DNA from: Hypanus sabinus | Lineage: Eukaryota | Direction of reading: 5' to 3' | DNA: 64,000 bases | Assembly: GCF_030144855.1 (NCBI RefSeq) | Contig: NC_082731.1 | Coordinates: 22,692,001 to 22,756,000, forward strand | Part shown: one piece after another, positions 12,428 to 22,844 of the stretch | Layout: each line of letters opens with the position of its first letter | Numbering within the stretch: the stretch's first letter is position 1 | Position numbers and translations under genes: made by a program | The notes under the pieces: model-generated | What the model saw: only the letters and a program-made list of their open reading frames with translations | Database searches by the model: none | What the model was told of the DNA's origin: nothing

Positions 12428-12466
12428 CACAGTGGTGTATTCTAGTAAAATACTTGTACAAAAATT
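12428..12466 (+). other. 23-RSS of V1
   Basis: CACAGTG + 23 nt (GTGTATTCTAGTAAAATACTTGT) + ACAAAAATT. Confidence 0.95.
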
Positions 12467-12727
12467 CCCATACTGTAGCATCCAAGCTTTAATCCCTGCA
12501 GCTAGACATATTTGTACACTTTTTTTTTCTCATTGCACTGTCACGCCACTAGAAGAACCTGCCAAAGTTTCCCTCGCCTTCGTATGTGAATACTCACCAA
12601 TAGTCTAACCGCACCGTTATTTCCAATGTCGCAGTGGGATACAGAGCATCTGCTATGTCATTAAATTTGTGAAATATAAGTTAGCACGGCGAGAGAAATA
12701 CGAGCGGTAAAATTCAATCAGCAGTAT

Positions 12728-12775
<48 letters not shown>

Positions 12776-12815
12776 CGTGTCTGAGCGTGCGTGTTTGTGG
12801 GTGTGTGTGTGTGCC
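12728..12815. repeat. (TG)n-(CG)n alternating purine-pyrimidine microsatellite
   Basis: About 18 GT units followed by (CG)5; homologous tracts lie at 19419-19438 and 63007-63064. Confidence 0.95.
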
Positions 12816-13009
12816 TGTCTCTATGTGTGCATTAAGACAGAAATAGAGAGTCTGTATACATGCTCATATTTTTGCGAGCATATGGAAATAGAGAAAAAAT
12901 CTGTTCGATCTGTTTTCCTTCCTGAGCTTTTGGTGGAGAAATGAATGTCAGTCTTGCTCGGTTGATCTCTCTCTCTCTCTCTCGCTCTCTCTGTCTCTGG
13001 CTCTCTAAG

Positions 13010-13610
13010 TCTTTCCTGATTGAGCTGTAGCTCCTTCCTCCAGCATGATTTATCTCGGCGAAGGTCAGAATTTTGGAGGCTGCCGAAGACGATCTGGACG
13101 CTATTTGGCCTTCATGCTGCTGAGAGTGTGTTGTCAGATCGATCAAGAACTGAGAGTGTGCTTTCCTTCATGATATCACTGCCATTTGTGGGCATTATTC
13201 TGTATCTAAGTCCGTTTTAGCTTGTAGGCTAGAGCTGGTTACGATCGAAAAGTTTTGATTAACCGCTGTGGAACCTCCATGTTCGCTGCCGGGTCGCCTG
13301 TCTGCCAGGCAGTGTTGTGGCATTAAGTTATTCTCCACGGTAGTCAGATGTGAGCATAGATGTGTACAATCCAGCTCTCTGCTGTCCCTGAGGAAAAAGA
13401 AAAAAAATAAACAACAACATAGGCGAAATTACCCTTTCCTTGTTGTTTAAGGTTTGCTTTTGGACAATGAACTTTATGAAAGATGTGTGCCTCGGCTCAG
13501 CTTCCACTGCTGCAGCGCTAATACACACAATGGTGTGAGGAGTCCATGTTCCGGAAAAGTCAATCGCTATCTGCTTTCTTTGTAAATATTTAATTATTAA
13601 AATTTGGTTC
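13010..13610 (-). mobile_element. Ancient Rex1/Babar (L2-group) LINE RT C-terminal fossil, cassette 1 copy
   Basis: Homologous to 19850-20420 and 63325-64000; the minus strand encodes KQIAIDF, matching the KTKEMIIDF motif. Confidence 0.6.
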
Positions 13611-13638
13611 AAAACAGACCACGTTTTTAGGAGGGAGG

Positions 13639-14530
13639 TGTTTCCTACCCCGTAGGTATCCTGTGACTATCTTATGACCATGATGCACTTGATTATCTGG
13701 TGAGCATGATGTAATGGTCTTGCGATGGTGGGGAGATGTAATTTCCCTCCAGTGTGAAGTCACATGATGTCATTCTCCAGCCAATGAGAGGTCACTTGAT
13801 GGCCTGTTCCAACAGATATAAAACAGGAAAGCTTTGCTGTGACGCGGGTCAATTCTTTGTTTATTTCGTCAGTTAATCCGTTATGCTGCGTACTCGTGTC
13901 ATGACACAGTTTTGTTTGAAAATCGAGTTTCAGTTCCTATCTCAAGCCTCAAAAGTTATTGCCAGCAGTTGCGCCACTACGCTGCCAGTTTTAGTCCAGT
14001 TGGAGAGTGAAGAATTTATCGAAGTATGGAAATTCGAAGGATCGAGTAATGTTTGTGTCGTCGGCGGTAAAACAGAATCGTACTTATTGAATACCTCTTC
14101 AACGAGATAGTAAGTTGCATCAGAGATAATCCCTGCTATAAGAGCAGAAAGGATTGGGGCAGTGTTATTCGTCAAGGAAAATGCCAGTTCTTTAAGCCAC
14201 TTTTACTTTTCGCGTCGTAAATCATTCGGGCAAGGCAGATTTCCGCAGGGATCAGAAGTAACTTTACATCGTCGACGAATTCGTTCCTTCAGGAAAGTCC
14301 GTCCTAATTGACCGAGTAACACATTTGGAATTCCACATTTACCAATTTTAAGAACTGAGTTCGCAGTTATCGTTTTATGAGCTGTTGGCGTATCAGTAAA
14401 ACAGTTACCTTCCCCTCAAGTTTGTCGTTTCTTTACTTTCCATTTTTATTGAATAGTGTTTAATAAATGTTTTATTTGTTTATAGAATACCTGTATTAAT
14501 TCTATATTCATTGTCGCTGTACCATAACGC
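13639..14530 (+). mobile_element. LTR (solo or 3' LTR with PPT stub)
   Basis: PPT-like TTTTTAGGAGGGAGG followed by TG, TATA-like GATATAAAA (about 13816) and AATAAA (about 14462). The 5' and 3' ends resemble the LTR at 23141-23944. Confidence 0.65.
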
Positions 14531-17500
14531 TACTCATTAGCATTTTTTGCCAAATGTGCATTTCCTTCAGTTTCTCCGTTACCATCGGACCTCTGTCCAC
14601 TGTAACATCTGTGAAATAGATTGCGTCTTCCCTAATGAAGACAGATCCAAAGTAACTATTCAATGCGACTATCATAAATGCAGTTTGGAATACGGGATCT
14701 GCTGTTTTAATAAACGAGAACAAGTGTCCAAAATGCAATAGCCAGAATAACTTTAAATGAGATGGAGAAGGGAAAATGCCACAATAGAAGAAAGAGGCCA
14801 GCCTTCTCGCAGGCATCGAAAAGAATATCCTGCACTTATCGCTGAGGAAGAGGATTGTTATAAATGAGATGATAGCAAAGGAATATTTTTCCTTGAGGAC
14901 AAGGTATCGTTCAATAATGTTTCAGCTTAAAACGATAGAGCCTTTCGTACAAATTTTCCACATTATCTTCAACAAACACCGGTAGCAATTTGAAAATGTC
15001 TTATATAACGTAGCCTCTACGGATCGGTCCAGAGGCGGCTGATGACTTTGTTGTCCTGCTGATATTCTAGACCTACTATCACATAGGCTCAGCCCCGCTC
15101 AGCACTGGTGTTGACCATTTTGTTTGGGGGATTTCTAGATTGAATTCCTGTCCCTAATTCTTACGGCGATCGTTGTTTGATACCCGCATTAACATTTTTA
15201 ACTCCTGCTACACCAATGTTTTCATAGGAAAAAATTCATTCCACACTCCCTGCAAGCGAAAATTCTTCTGAAAGCATTTCGACTGTGTCATATTTCGTGC
15301 TGTCGAACAGATATATATGGCACACCTGGTCGCAAGAGATCGTATTCCATTGGTTTGGTATTCAGCGTTATCAGCTCCATAGCATCACATGCAGAAACTG
15401 AAGATAGTGTATAGTTTTCAGTACGGCAGGGCGGAACATATATATCTGTGAACATGATGTATTCCGATTCCTAGTTGGAAGTAGTCAACAACAGTCGCCA
15501 ATTACTGAGAAGTTGTTACAGCAACCTTTGAATTACCATCTTTCCTATGTGCTCTGTTATATGCTGTTTAACTTCCTTGAGGGAAAGAGTTTAATAAAAT
15601 GGGTTTAACTGGGTTTCTCCAGTTTGCAGGAAATCATTTGGATTACGAAACACAAAAAAATCAATTCGCAAAACTGGACAGAGAGAATGAGGTTGAGCAT
15701 TACAACGGTGAAGACAATGAAGACTATATTCGTGACAGATTACGCCTGACAATCTGACCGGACTCCTGTTTCATCAATCCCGTTTTCCTGCGTATGCAAG
15801 GCGAGAGCAAGTATATGAGGCCCATTCTGTCTCAGAAGAGAAAAGACCACTCCAAGTGTTGCAGTGTGCGGTCTCTTGAGTTCATTCTGCCGAAAATGTC
15901 AGTCACATGGAAGTTTGGAAATGTTATCAATTGATTGGAAAGAAGGTCTTCCTTTCAATGTATCGTGATAAAGCTAAAGCGAGAGGGGGAATGGGCTGGT
16001 GACACAGGCGTCCAGGCAGACTTTTGGAATGAGCAGCGAGAAAACTTATTATCATATTCACGGTCGTAATAATATTTCCGTGCCGATATATCTGCTTAAC
16101 AACTTTTTTTGCAAGCCATCTTCTCAAAAGATCCAGAAAAGGAATGAGAAACAACGGGAACTCAAACAAAGCACACTTCGAGATGCAATGTGTTACTTTA
16201 GTGGTGTGTCGCTGGAAAAAAAAAAACTAACACATTCGGGACATTTAGCAAATCTGTTGTTTTTTTTTCAATAGTAACGATACAACGCGGAAAACGGCCA
16301 AACATACCTTTAGCCATGCTGCCTCTGCAACCACCGAGAAAACTTATTATCTCGAAGTGATCTTTGAATAATTTACACTTTTTAATTAACCAACCCCTTA
16401 TTCTTTGAATTGCGACGTTAGCCACATTCTCTGGGGAGCCTCCAGCTACTCGAGAGTGTGGACGTATAGACTTTTCTCAACACAGCGCCACAACTGAACG
16501 AGGATTTCCAAAATGACCCAAGCTACAGCAGAGCTGTGCTAACCACAGGCCTATGTGGCGTACAGGTGGACAGGGTGACATAACATTAGTGCTGGAGAGT
16601 GAAGATAAGTTTTAATTTAAGAAGAAAACACAGAATCTGACAGGAATAGAAATGTACGTCGTGTACTGTCGGGTTAACGAGTCAATTTAATGTCCTATCG
16701 TTAGGAAAATCTCTGTGGGAGGACATCTATAGTGAAAAAATAATACATGGAAATACTGCTGGAGTAGCAAGCTCACAGGGAAAGAGACAGATAAGAGAGT
16801 TAGCATGGGAGGTCATAATACAATGAACACGCACAAACACTAATAATATAGAAGGCAAGAGAGGACGAGAGAGGGTAAATAATGGATCAGAGGAAATTAC
16901 AAAAGCATACGTAGCAGACAAATGATCAGACGACCGACGAAAAGGACGGATACAATGATTGGTTGGAGATAGAGGCACTGAAAGAATAGCAGAGTGTCAG
17001 ATAAAAGAGACAGGAAGAGATGGAGAGAGGGCGTTGGAGAAAGCGACGATCTGTATTAAAAAGAAGAAAAAAGGTTACAAATCGACACATATATCAAGGA
17101 CCAGAAAGAGACAATAGATATTGATATTGATATTGATGGCTAGAGGAAGGCAGAGACATGAAGGTATAAAGATAACGAAAGTGGGAAAGAAAGAAAGGGT
17201 GTATAAATAAACAGTAAGATTTTCAAAGATATTGACTTAGGTAGAAATTAAGAGGGGGAGAGAGAGTTTGAACGAGATGGAGATGAAGGAGTAAGACCTA
17301 TATCCTATCGAGCATTCATTCTTTGTGTTCCTTACCGGTTAATTTATTTGTGCTGCCGGCTGAGACTCTGTAAAAATGGGCACTTTTTGTACCATGATTC
17401 TGCTGTCTTTCATCACGGAGGAACGAGAATCTTACCCGCCGCAGTACGCTGGGTCAGTCAAGTTTCGGCTAAATTAATGGTTGATAGCGGATATGCAAAT

Positions 17501-17809
17501 CATTGAAATATGCATAACTGAATCCTGCATTTCTTTCAGCATCCTGAGATGTTATCGACATATCGGCTGCAATATGTCCAATATTCTCCACAATGTCTGG
17601 GCAGGTTTTACGCTGAGCTGTAGAAAGATTGGAGGATTATATGTATATATTTTAGGGGACCATATGTCGTATTGCCTCGTATATCTCCACGCAGTCGAAC
17701 TCATTCTATCGTGGCCGGTACACTCATATCGTTACCCTGGGTGTTGCTAAGCTCAGTCAGAACTAAAACATTTACAGATAGCGAATGAAGGAATGACAGG
17801 ATATGAACA

Positions 17810-17864
<55 letters not shown>

Positions 17865-18005
17865 TGCCCACGCGCGAGCGCGAGCTCTAGGAGAGACAAA
17901 CTTACAGGTACAGATAACAATGCGCAGAGACAAGTGCAAAAGGATAGAAACCTAGAAGCAGAGATATTTATTTATTGCATAAGGACGACAGCTTCATCAT
18001 TCCAT

Positions 18006-18192
18006 TAGAAGTGGTAGAGTCAGTTTCGATTTTGTCACTTAAAAATTCGATAGGTATATAGGCAGGAAAGGAATAGAGGGTTATGGGCTGATTGCAGGCA
18101 GGTGAGAGTAGGTGAGAGAAGCGTTTGGCATGTATTTGAAGAGCCGAGATGACCTGTAATGGTTCTGTGCTGTAATGGTTATATGGTTATAT
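18006..18192 (+). mobile_element. 5'-truncated CR1-type LINE 3' end, specific to cassette 2
   Basis: GGAAAGGAATAGAGGGTTATGGGC...CTGTAATGGTTATATGGTTATAT 3' tail, absent at the homologous site in cassette 3. Confidence 0.7.
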
Positions 18193-18548
18193 ACAGAACT
18201 GCAGTTACTCAGTGACTTAGACAACTTATTTTAGCATTGCTTGTGTCTATGGAAAATCCCGATTTATGTGTATATAACATATGTCTGAAGAGCCGAACGA
18301 CAAGAGTTCCCCTTGTAGTTATCGGTGATTTGCTGAAAGTCGGCAAGAAGCTCTCTTTTATTATTTCCTGCGTATATCTCTTTGGCTTGTCGATCGACAG
18401 TACCATGGAAAGCAAGTACTTTGGAGAACTGCAGGTGTATGTCCTCAGAGGTCTATCTCCGTCAAGGAACGGGATGTGACGGTTTTTCCTTGAGGTATAT
18501 GGACCTGACGCATCTGGGGGTATGGGCGGAGCATGTATCAGGAGACTG

Positions 18549-18614
18549 CGTTCCTATTGGGCGCTTTCATTTCCGGCCCCTTATAACACTTAAACAGTAG
18601 AATCGGAAAGTTCT
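18549..18614 (+). promoter_or_regulatory. Putative V2 core promoter block
   Basis: CTATTGGGCGCTTTCATTTCCGG (reverse strand CCGGAAATG, ETS consensus), TTATAACACTTAAA and CGGAAAGTTCT, about 60-125 nt upstream of the ATG. Confidence 0.55.
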
Positions 18615-18673
18615 AAATCCCGGCGATAATAGTTTGAGGGGAAAATCAATCAACACATTCTTCATAAAACATT

Positions 18674-19126
18674 ATGTGGAGATTCGTCATCTGGATTGTG
18701 TGCGGAGCCTGGATAACTGGTTTGTACGCCGCAGACAATTCAAACGTTTTCTCTCAACTTAATTCTGAAAAAAAAAAACGGATCAATATAACCTTACCTG
18801 TTTTGATGTAATTTTTTAGATACAAGTCATGGAAACTCTATCACTCAGACAATGTCAACAGAAGTGAAGACAGAAGGAGAGGCTGTGACTTTCAGCTGCA
18901 GCTTTGATACCACATGGAACACCTATTATTTATATTGGTACCGAAAAACACCAGAACAAAGTGTCGAGTACATCCTGTACAGAGACTCCAGTGGGAATGA
19001 AGATAAAGCCGAATTTGCCAAACGTCGCTTCAAAACCTCTCTGGACAAGAGAAGAAAATCATTTAGTATCAACATCTCAAAGCTGCAAATGAGCGACTCC
19101 GCAGTTTATTGCTGTACCCTGCGCAG
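18674..19126 (+). CDS. TRDV: TCR V-delta/alpha gene segment V2, open (leader 18674-18719, intron 18720-18819, V exon 18820-19126)
   Basis: Spliced: MWRFVIWIVCGAWITD-TSHGNSITQTMSTEVKTEGEAVTFSCSFDTTWNTYYLYWYRKTPEQSVEYILYRDSSGNEDKAEFAKRRFKTSLDKRRKSFSINISKLQMSDSAVYCCTLR. Cys23, Trp41 and Cys104 are present. CDR1/FR2 resembles TRDV1-type YETSWWSYYIFWYKQ. TRAV cannot be excluded. Confidence 0.93.
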
Positions 19127-19165
19127 CACAATGATGTGTTCTAGTTAAATGCTCGTACAAAAATG
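19127..19165 (+). other. 23-RSS of V2
   Basis: CACAATG + 23 nt (ATGTGTTCTAGTTAAATGCTCGT) + ACAAAAATG. Confidence 0.93.
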
Positions 19166-19585
19166 CACGTACAGGAGTATCCAAGCTGTAATCTCTGCAG
19201 CTAGATATATTTGTACATTCCTTTTCAGTTTGTGGTTTCCCCTCACTAAATGCACCGCTTGAAGTTTCCCTCGCCTTCGACTGAGAATATTCAACAGTGG
19301 TGTAACCGCACCGCTCTTCCCAATGTCGCTGTGGAATATAGAGCTTCTGCTGTCTCATTTAATTTGTGAAATATAGGTTAGCAGGGCGAGACTAATTAAA
19401 TTCAAGCCACAATCAATCGTGTGTGTGTGTGTGTGTGTATAAGAGTGTAATATGAGTAAGAGAGAAGTAGAGAGACTGTATATATGTGCAGCATTGTTTG
19501 GGAGTGTATGGACATGGAGACAAATCTGATCTATGTTTTTCTTGTTTAGTATCCGATGAGCTTTTGGTGCAGAGATGAGTGTAAG

Positions 19586-19844
19586 NNNNNNNNNNNNNNN
19601 NNNNNNNNNNNNNNNNNNNNNNNNNNNNNNNNNNNNNNNNNNNNNNNNNNNNNNNNNNNNNNNNNNNNNNNNNNNNNNNNNNNNNNNNNNNNNNNNNNNN
19701 NNNNNNNNNNNNNNNNNNNNNNNNNNNNNNNNNNNNNNNNNNNNNNNNNNNNNNNNNNNNNNNNNNNNNNNNNNNNNNNNNNNNNNNNNNNNNNNNNNNN
19801 NNNNNNNNNNNNNNNNNNNNNNNNNNNNNNNNNNNNNNNNNNNN
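19586..19844. other. Assembly gap (N); others at 31943-32080, 43446-43600 and 52125-52275
   Basis: Runs of N in the sequence. Confidence 1.
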
Positions 19845-19849
19845 TTCCT

Positions 19850-20815
19850 ATCTGAGCTCTAGCTCTGTCCTCCAGATTGATTTATCTTGGCGAAGCAAAG
19901 TATTTTGGGGCCTGGCGATGCCGATCTGGAGACTATCTGGCCTTCCTCCTGCCCAGTGTGTGTCACATTGTTCACGATCTGGGTGAATGGTTTCCTTCAT
20001 GATATTGTCGTTTTGAGGGATTATTCTCTATGTTTGTCCTTGTTGCGGTGTAGGCCAGAGCTGGTTATGATTGGAAAGTTTAGATTAACCACTATGGAGC
20101 CTGCATGACCGCTGCCTTTGGTCCAGGCAGTTTCGTGGCATCAGGTTATTTTCCACATAAACGTCAGTAGATAGAAGTGAGTATAGATATGCATAATCCA
20201 GTTCTCTGCTGTCCCTCAGGGGGAAAAAAAAAACTAAACCTTAGGGTGCTATTACCCTTTCCTGGTTGTTTAGGTTTTGCTGTTGGACCATGACGGTTGT
20301 GCGAGATGTACGCCTTGGCGACTCAAACTGCTCGCTGCTTCCACTGCTGAAGTACGAATAGACAAAATGGTGTTTGTATTTCGTGTTGCCTGAAAGTCAA
20401 TCTGAATCTCCTTTGTTTTGGGGACTTTTATGAAGACATTTACTCCATGGATCGGAGTTGCAAGCTATTGCACCTCCTTTCTATCGGTTATCTCATGCTG
20501 TTTGGTGATGGGTATCACCATTGCCGTGTCTTCGACAGATTGACGATAGTTTTGTTCAGGACATTGACAGTGTGGCAGTGTGAACCAAGCGTATAACCGT
20601 CAGGTCAGCATACAATTCTGGGTGAACTCCGTGTTAAAGATGCTGGGCATGTTGTGCATCCGGTCCATCCGTATTATGTTGATTAGGAAGACCAGCATCG
20701 TTTTGTAGAATTTTGCAGTAGTCTTCTTAGAACGAGCAGTCGGGGTCTTCTGGCAAAGGTCTGTGTGATAATAGTGTTGAATATCGAACTCAAATTTAGA
20801 AACAACATTCTGACA
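19850..20815 (-). mobile_element. Ancient Rex1/Babar (L2-group) LINE RT fossil, longest copy
   Basis: The minus strand gives FNTII, then SVEDTAMVIPITKQHEITDRKEVQ*L...PKTKEIQIDF, aligning to KFADDTTVVGLITNNDETAYREEV...SKTKEMIVDF. A later segment, IMKETIHP..., matches the IIKDPSHP C-terminus. Confidence 0.7.
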
Positions 20816-20890
20816 CAAATATCCCTCTATTAAAATCGTGATGTGGCCAGCTGCAGGTTAGGTTTAATAGCATATGTCACAGGCTCTTAT

Positions 20891-22844
20891 TTTCATGGTC
20901 CGTATCAGTTCCCCTTTAAATTCAGTTAGGTTGCGTTATGATCTAGACAATCGACCCCTTGTTCACTACTAATTCCTATTCACGTGTCCCTTGAGCATGG
21001 CTATTTAGATATTCTACTCTTGACCCGAACCGGCAGCTTATAAGCCCCTGTCGTTAGCCACTCGGGGCGACCGTGTTAGGAAGCATTAGCAAGTCGCCGT
21101 CCCTATCACAAGCCAGTTTTTTCTCGCCCGCATCGGAGTGCAACCAATTCTCCTTCCTTCGCCAGAGTGGGTCCGGGCAAGGTCAAACTCCGAGTGGTGA
21201 GTTGAAGGCTGTCCTGGTTCGATGTCCATGCCCTGTTTCCGTGTCTGTCCCTTAATGAAGAGTACCGGTTCGGTGCTTGAGCTGAAGGGGGACTACTGGC
21301 TCGACGTCCCTGACTTGCGTTTGGTGTCCACGTTCTGACTGTGGCGATCCCGAGTGTCCACGTTCTTGCCTCCAAGACCAAGGTCCACGGCGATACAAGT
21401 TCCCAATGTCCAAGTCCAAGGGCCGCCGCGACCCAAATTGCCAGTGTCCAGGACCAAGGTCCGCGTCAGTCCAAGTTCCCTGTCTCCGTCCAAGGTCCGC
21501 GGCGATCCAAGTTCCAGTGTCCAAGTCCAGTATCCGCGGCGATGCATGTTCCCAGTCTCCAGGTCCAAGGTCTACGCTGTCCATGTTCCCAGTGTCTAAG
21601 TCATGGCTGCGACGATCCAGGTTACCAATTTCCCGAGTCCAAGTTCATTTGCGATGCAAGTCCCTAGTTTCCTAGTCTGAGGTTGGTGTTCCTCTTTATC
21701 CTCCTGGATTTCACGGTTCTCTGTGTAGCGTGTAATAAACGCTATTTTATTGACCTAAGAAAGAGGTGTTTTTATCCTGCTTTTTGGTCATCTCCCAACA
21801 CCCTTGCCCCATTCTTTTAACAGAACACTCTCGTCAAACATGGAACCGGCAGACACAAATGCTGTCTGATTGTTTTCCCAAACTCTCGCTCGCAAGAATC
21901 CCGCACAGTTTTAATTTGGAAATTCATGAAACAGACTCAGAGTCCCATTTATCATTTTAGGAGGAATTAGGTCAAAGTGTTATCGTTCTGTATTTGTCCG
22001 CCGGCCCAAAACCCGCTCCACCCACCCAAGTGATTGATAATACGGGCAATCATGTTGGTCGCCTGGAGGCGACTTTTGGTGAGGGGGTAATGTGATGTTC
22101 CGGATCGGTTTACCTTTAAATTTAGTTAGGTTGCTTTACGATCCGGACCATTGACTGCTTGTTCCTTTCTAATTCCGTTTCACGTGTCGCTTGAACTTCG
22201 ACATTCAGGTATTCTACTCTCGACCGAACCGGCAGCTTATAAGCCCCTGCCTTCAGCCGTTCGGGTGGAGAGTGTTAGGAAGCATTAGTAAGTCGCCGTC
22301 GCTACCTCAAGCCAGAGCTATCTCGCCCGCATCGGAGAGCTGGCGATTCGCCTTAATTCGCAAGAGTGGGTCCGAGCAAGTTCAAACTGTCAGGGGTGAG
22401 TTGAAAGAGGAATCCTGGCTCGACTTCCATGCCCAATGTCCGTGTCTATCCCTCGAAGAATAGTCCGGCTCAGTGCCTGAGTTGAAGGCGGAGTGCTGGC
22501 TCGACGTTCTTATCCTGCGTTTGATATCCACGTTCTGGCTGCGGCGATCCAGGATGTCCAAGTTCCGGCTGCGGCGATCCTTGTTCTCCAAGTTCTATTT
22601 GCGGCGATTCAAGTTTCTAGCCTTCAGGTCTAAGGTACTCAGCGACCCAAATTCCCAGTCTCCATGTCCATGGTCCGCGGCGGCCCAAGTTCCCTGTCTC
22701 CAAGTCCAAGGTCGGCGGCGGTCCTTGTTCCCAGTGTCTAAGTCAAGGCCACGGCGATCCAAGTTCCCAGTTTCCCAAGACAAGGTCAGCGGCGATCCAA
22801 TTCCCTTGTCTCCTAGATTGAGGTTCGTGTTCCTCTTTATCCTC
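20891..22844 (+). mobile_element. Internally deleted sushi-like Gypsy element: LTR (20891-21822), about 270-bp internal stub, truncated 3' LTR (22091-22844)
   Basis: Two direct repeats, about 80% similar by eye, have a TATA-like CTTATAAG; the first has AATAAA (about 21734) and ends in ...TTAACA. This is followed by ATG GAA CCG GCA GAC (MEPAD gag start, 21840) and a PPT GGTGAGGGGGTAA directly before TG at 22091. Confidence 0.7.
21330..21670 (+). repeat. Minisatellite inside LTR, degenerate GTCCAAGGTCCGCGGCGATCCAAGTTCCCA units; second array at 22520-22810
   Basis: Repeated CCAAG(G/T)TCC and GCGGCGATCC words with a period of about 25-40 bp; this explains the overlapping repetitive ORFs there. 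Confidence 0.85.

Larger units (their letters stand above)
6165..13615 (+). repeat. Segmental-duplication cassette 1 (carries pseudogene V1)
   Basis: Colinear similarity, roughly 70-80% by eye: 6165-7350 matches 16580-18270 and 60345-61850; 11590-13615 matches 18270-20420 and 61850-63900. Confidence 0.85.
14530..20820 (+). repeat. Segmental-duplication cassette 2 (carries V2)
   Basis: The CR1 stub with its junction (14530-14740) and the following block to 15600 match 55740-56800. 16400-20560 matches 60085-64000. Confidence 0.85.

Noticed and set aside
12536-12542. CACTGTC downstream of V1 as a possible D-segment RSS
   Set aside because: There is no nonamer at 12 or 23 nt, and it is not conserved in the other cassettes.
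17493-17500. Octamer ATGCAAAT (also at 61430) as an Ig-type promoter element
   Set aside because: The two hits are at non-homologous cassette positions, more than 800 bp from any leader, so they are likely chance.
21330-22810. Regularly spaced repeats as a CRISPR-like array or NF-kB site array
   Set aside because: The units are degenerate tandem copies without unique spacers, in a vertebrate LTR. GGGAACTTGG does not fit the kB consensus.
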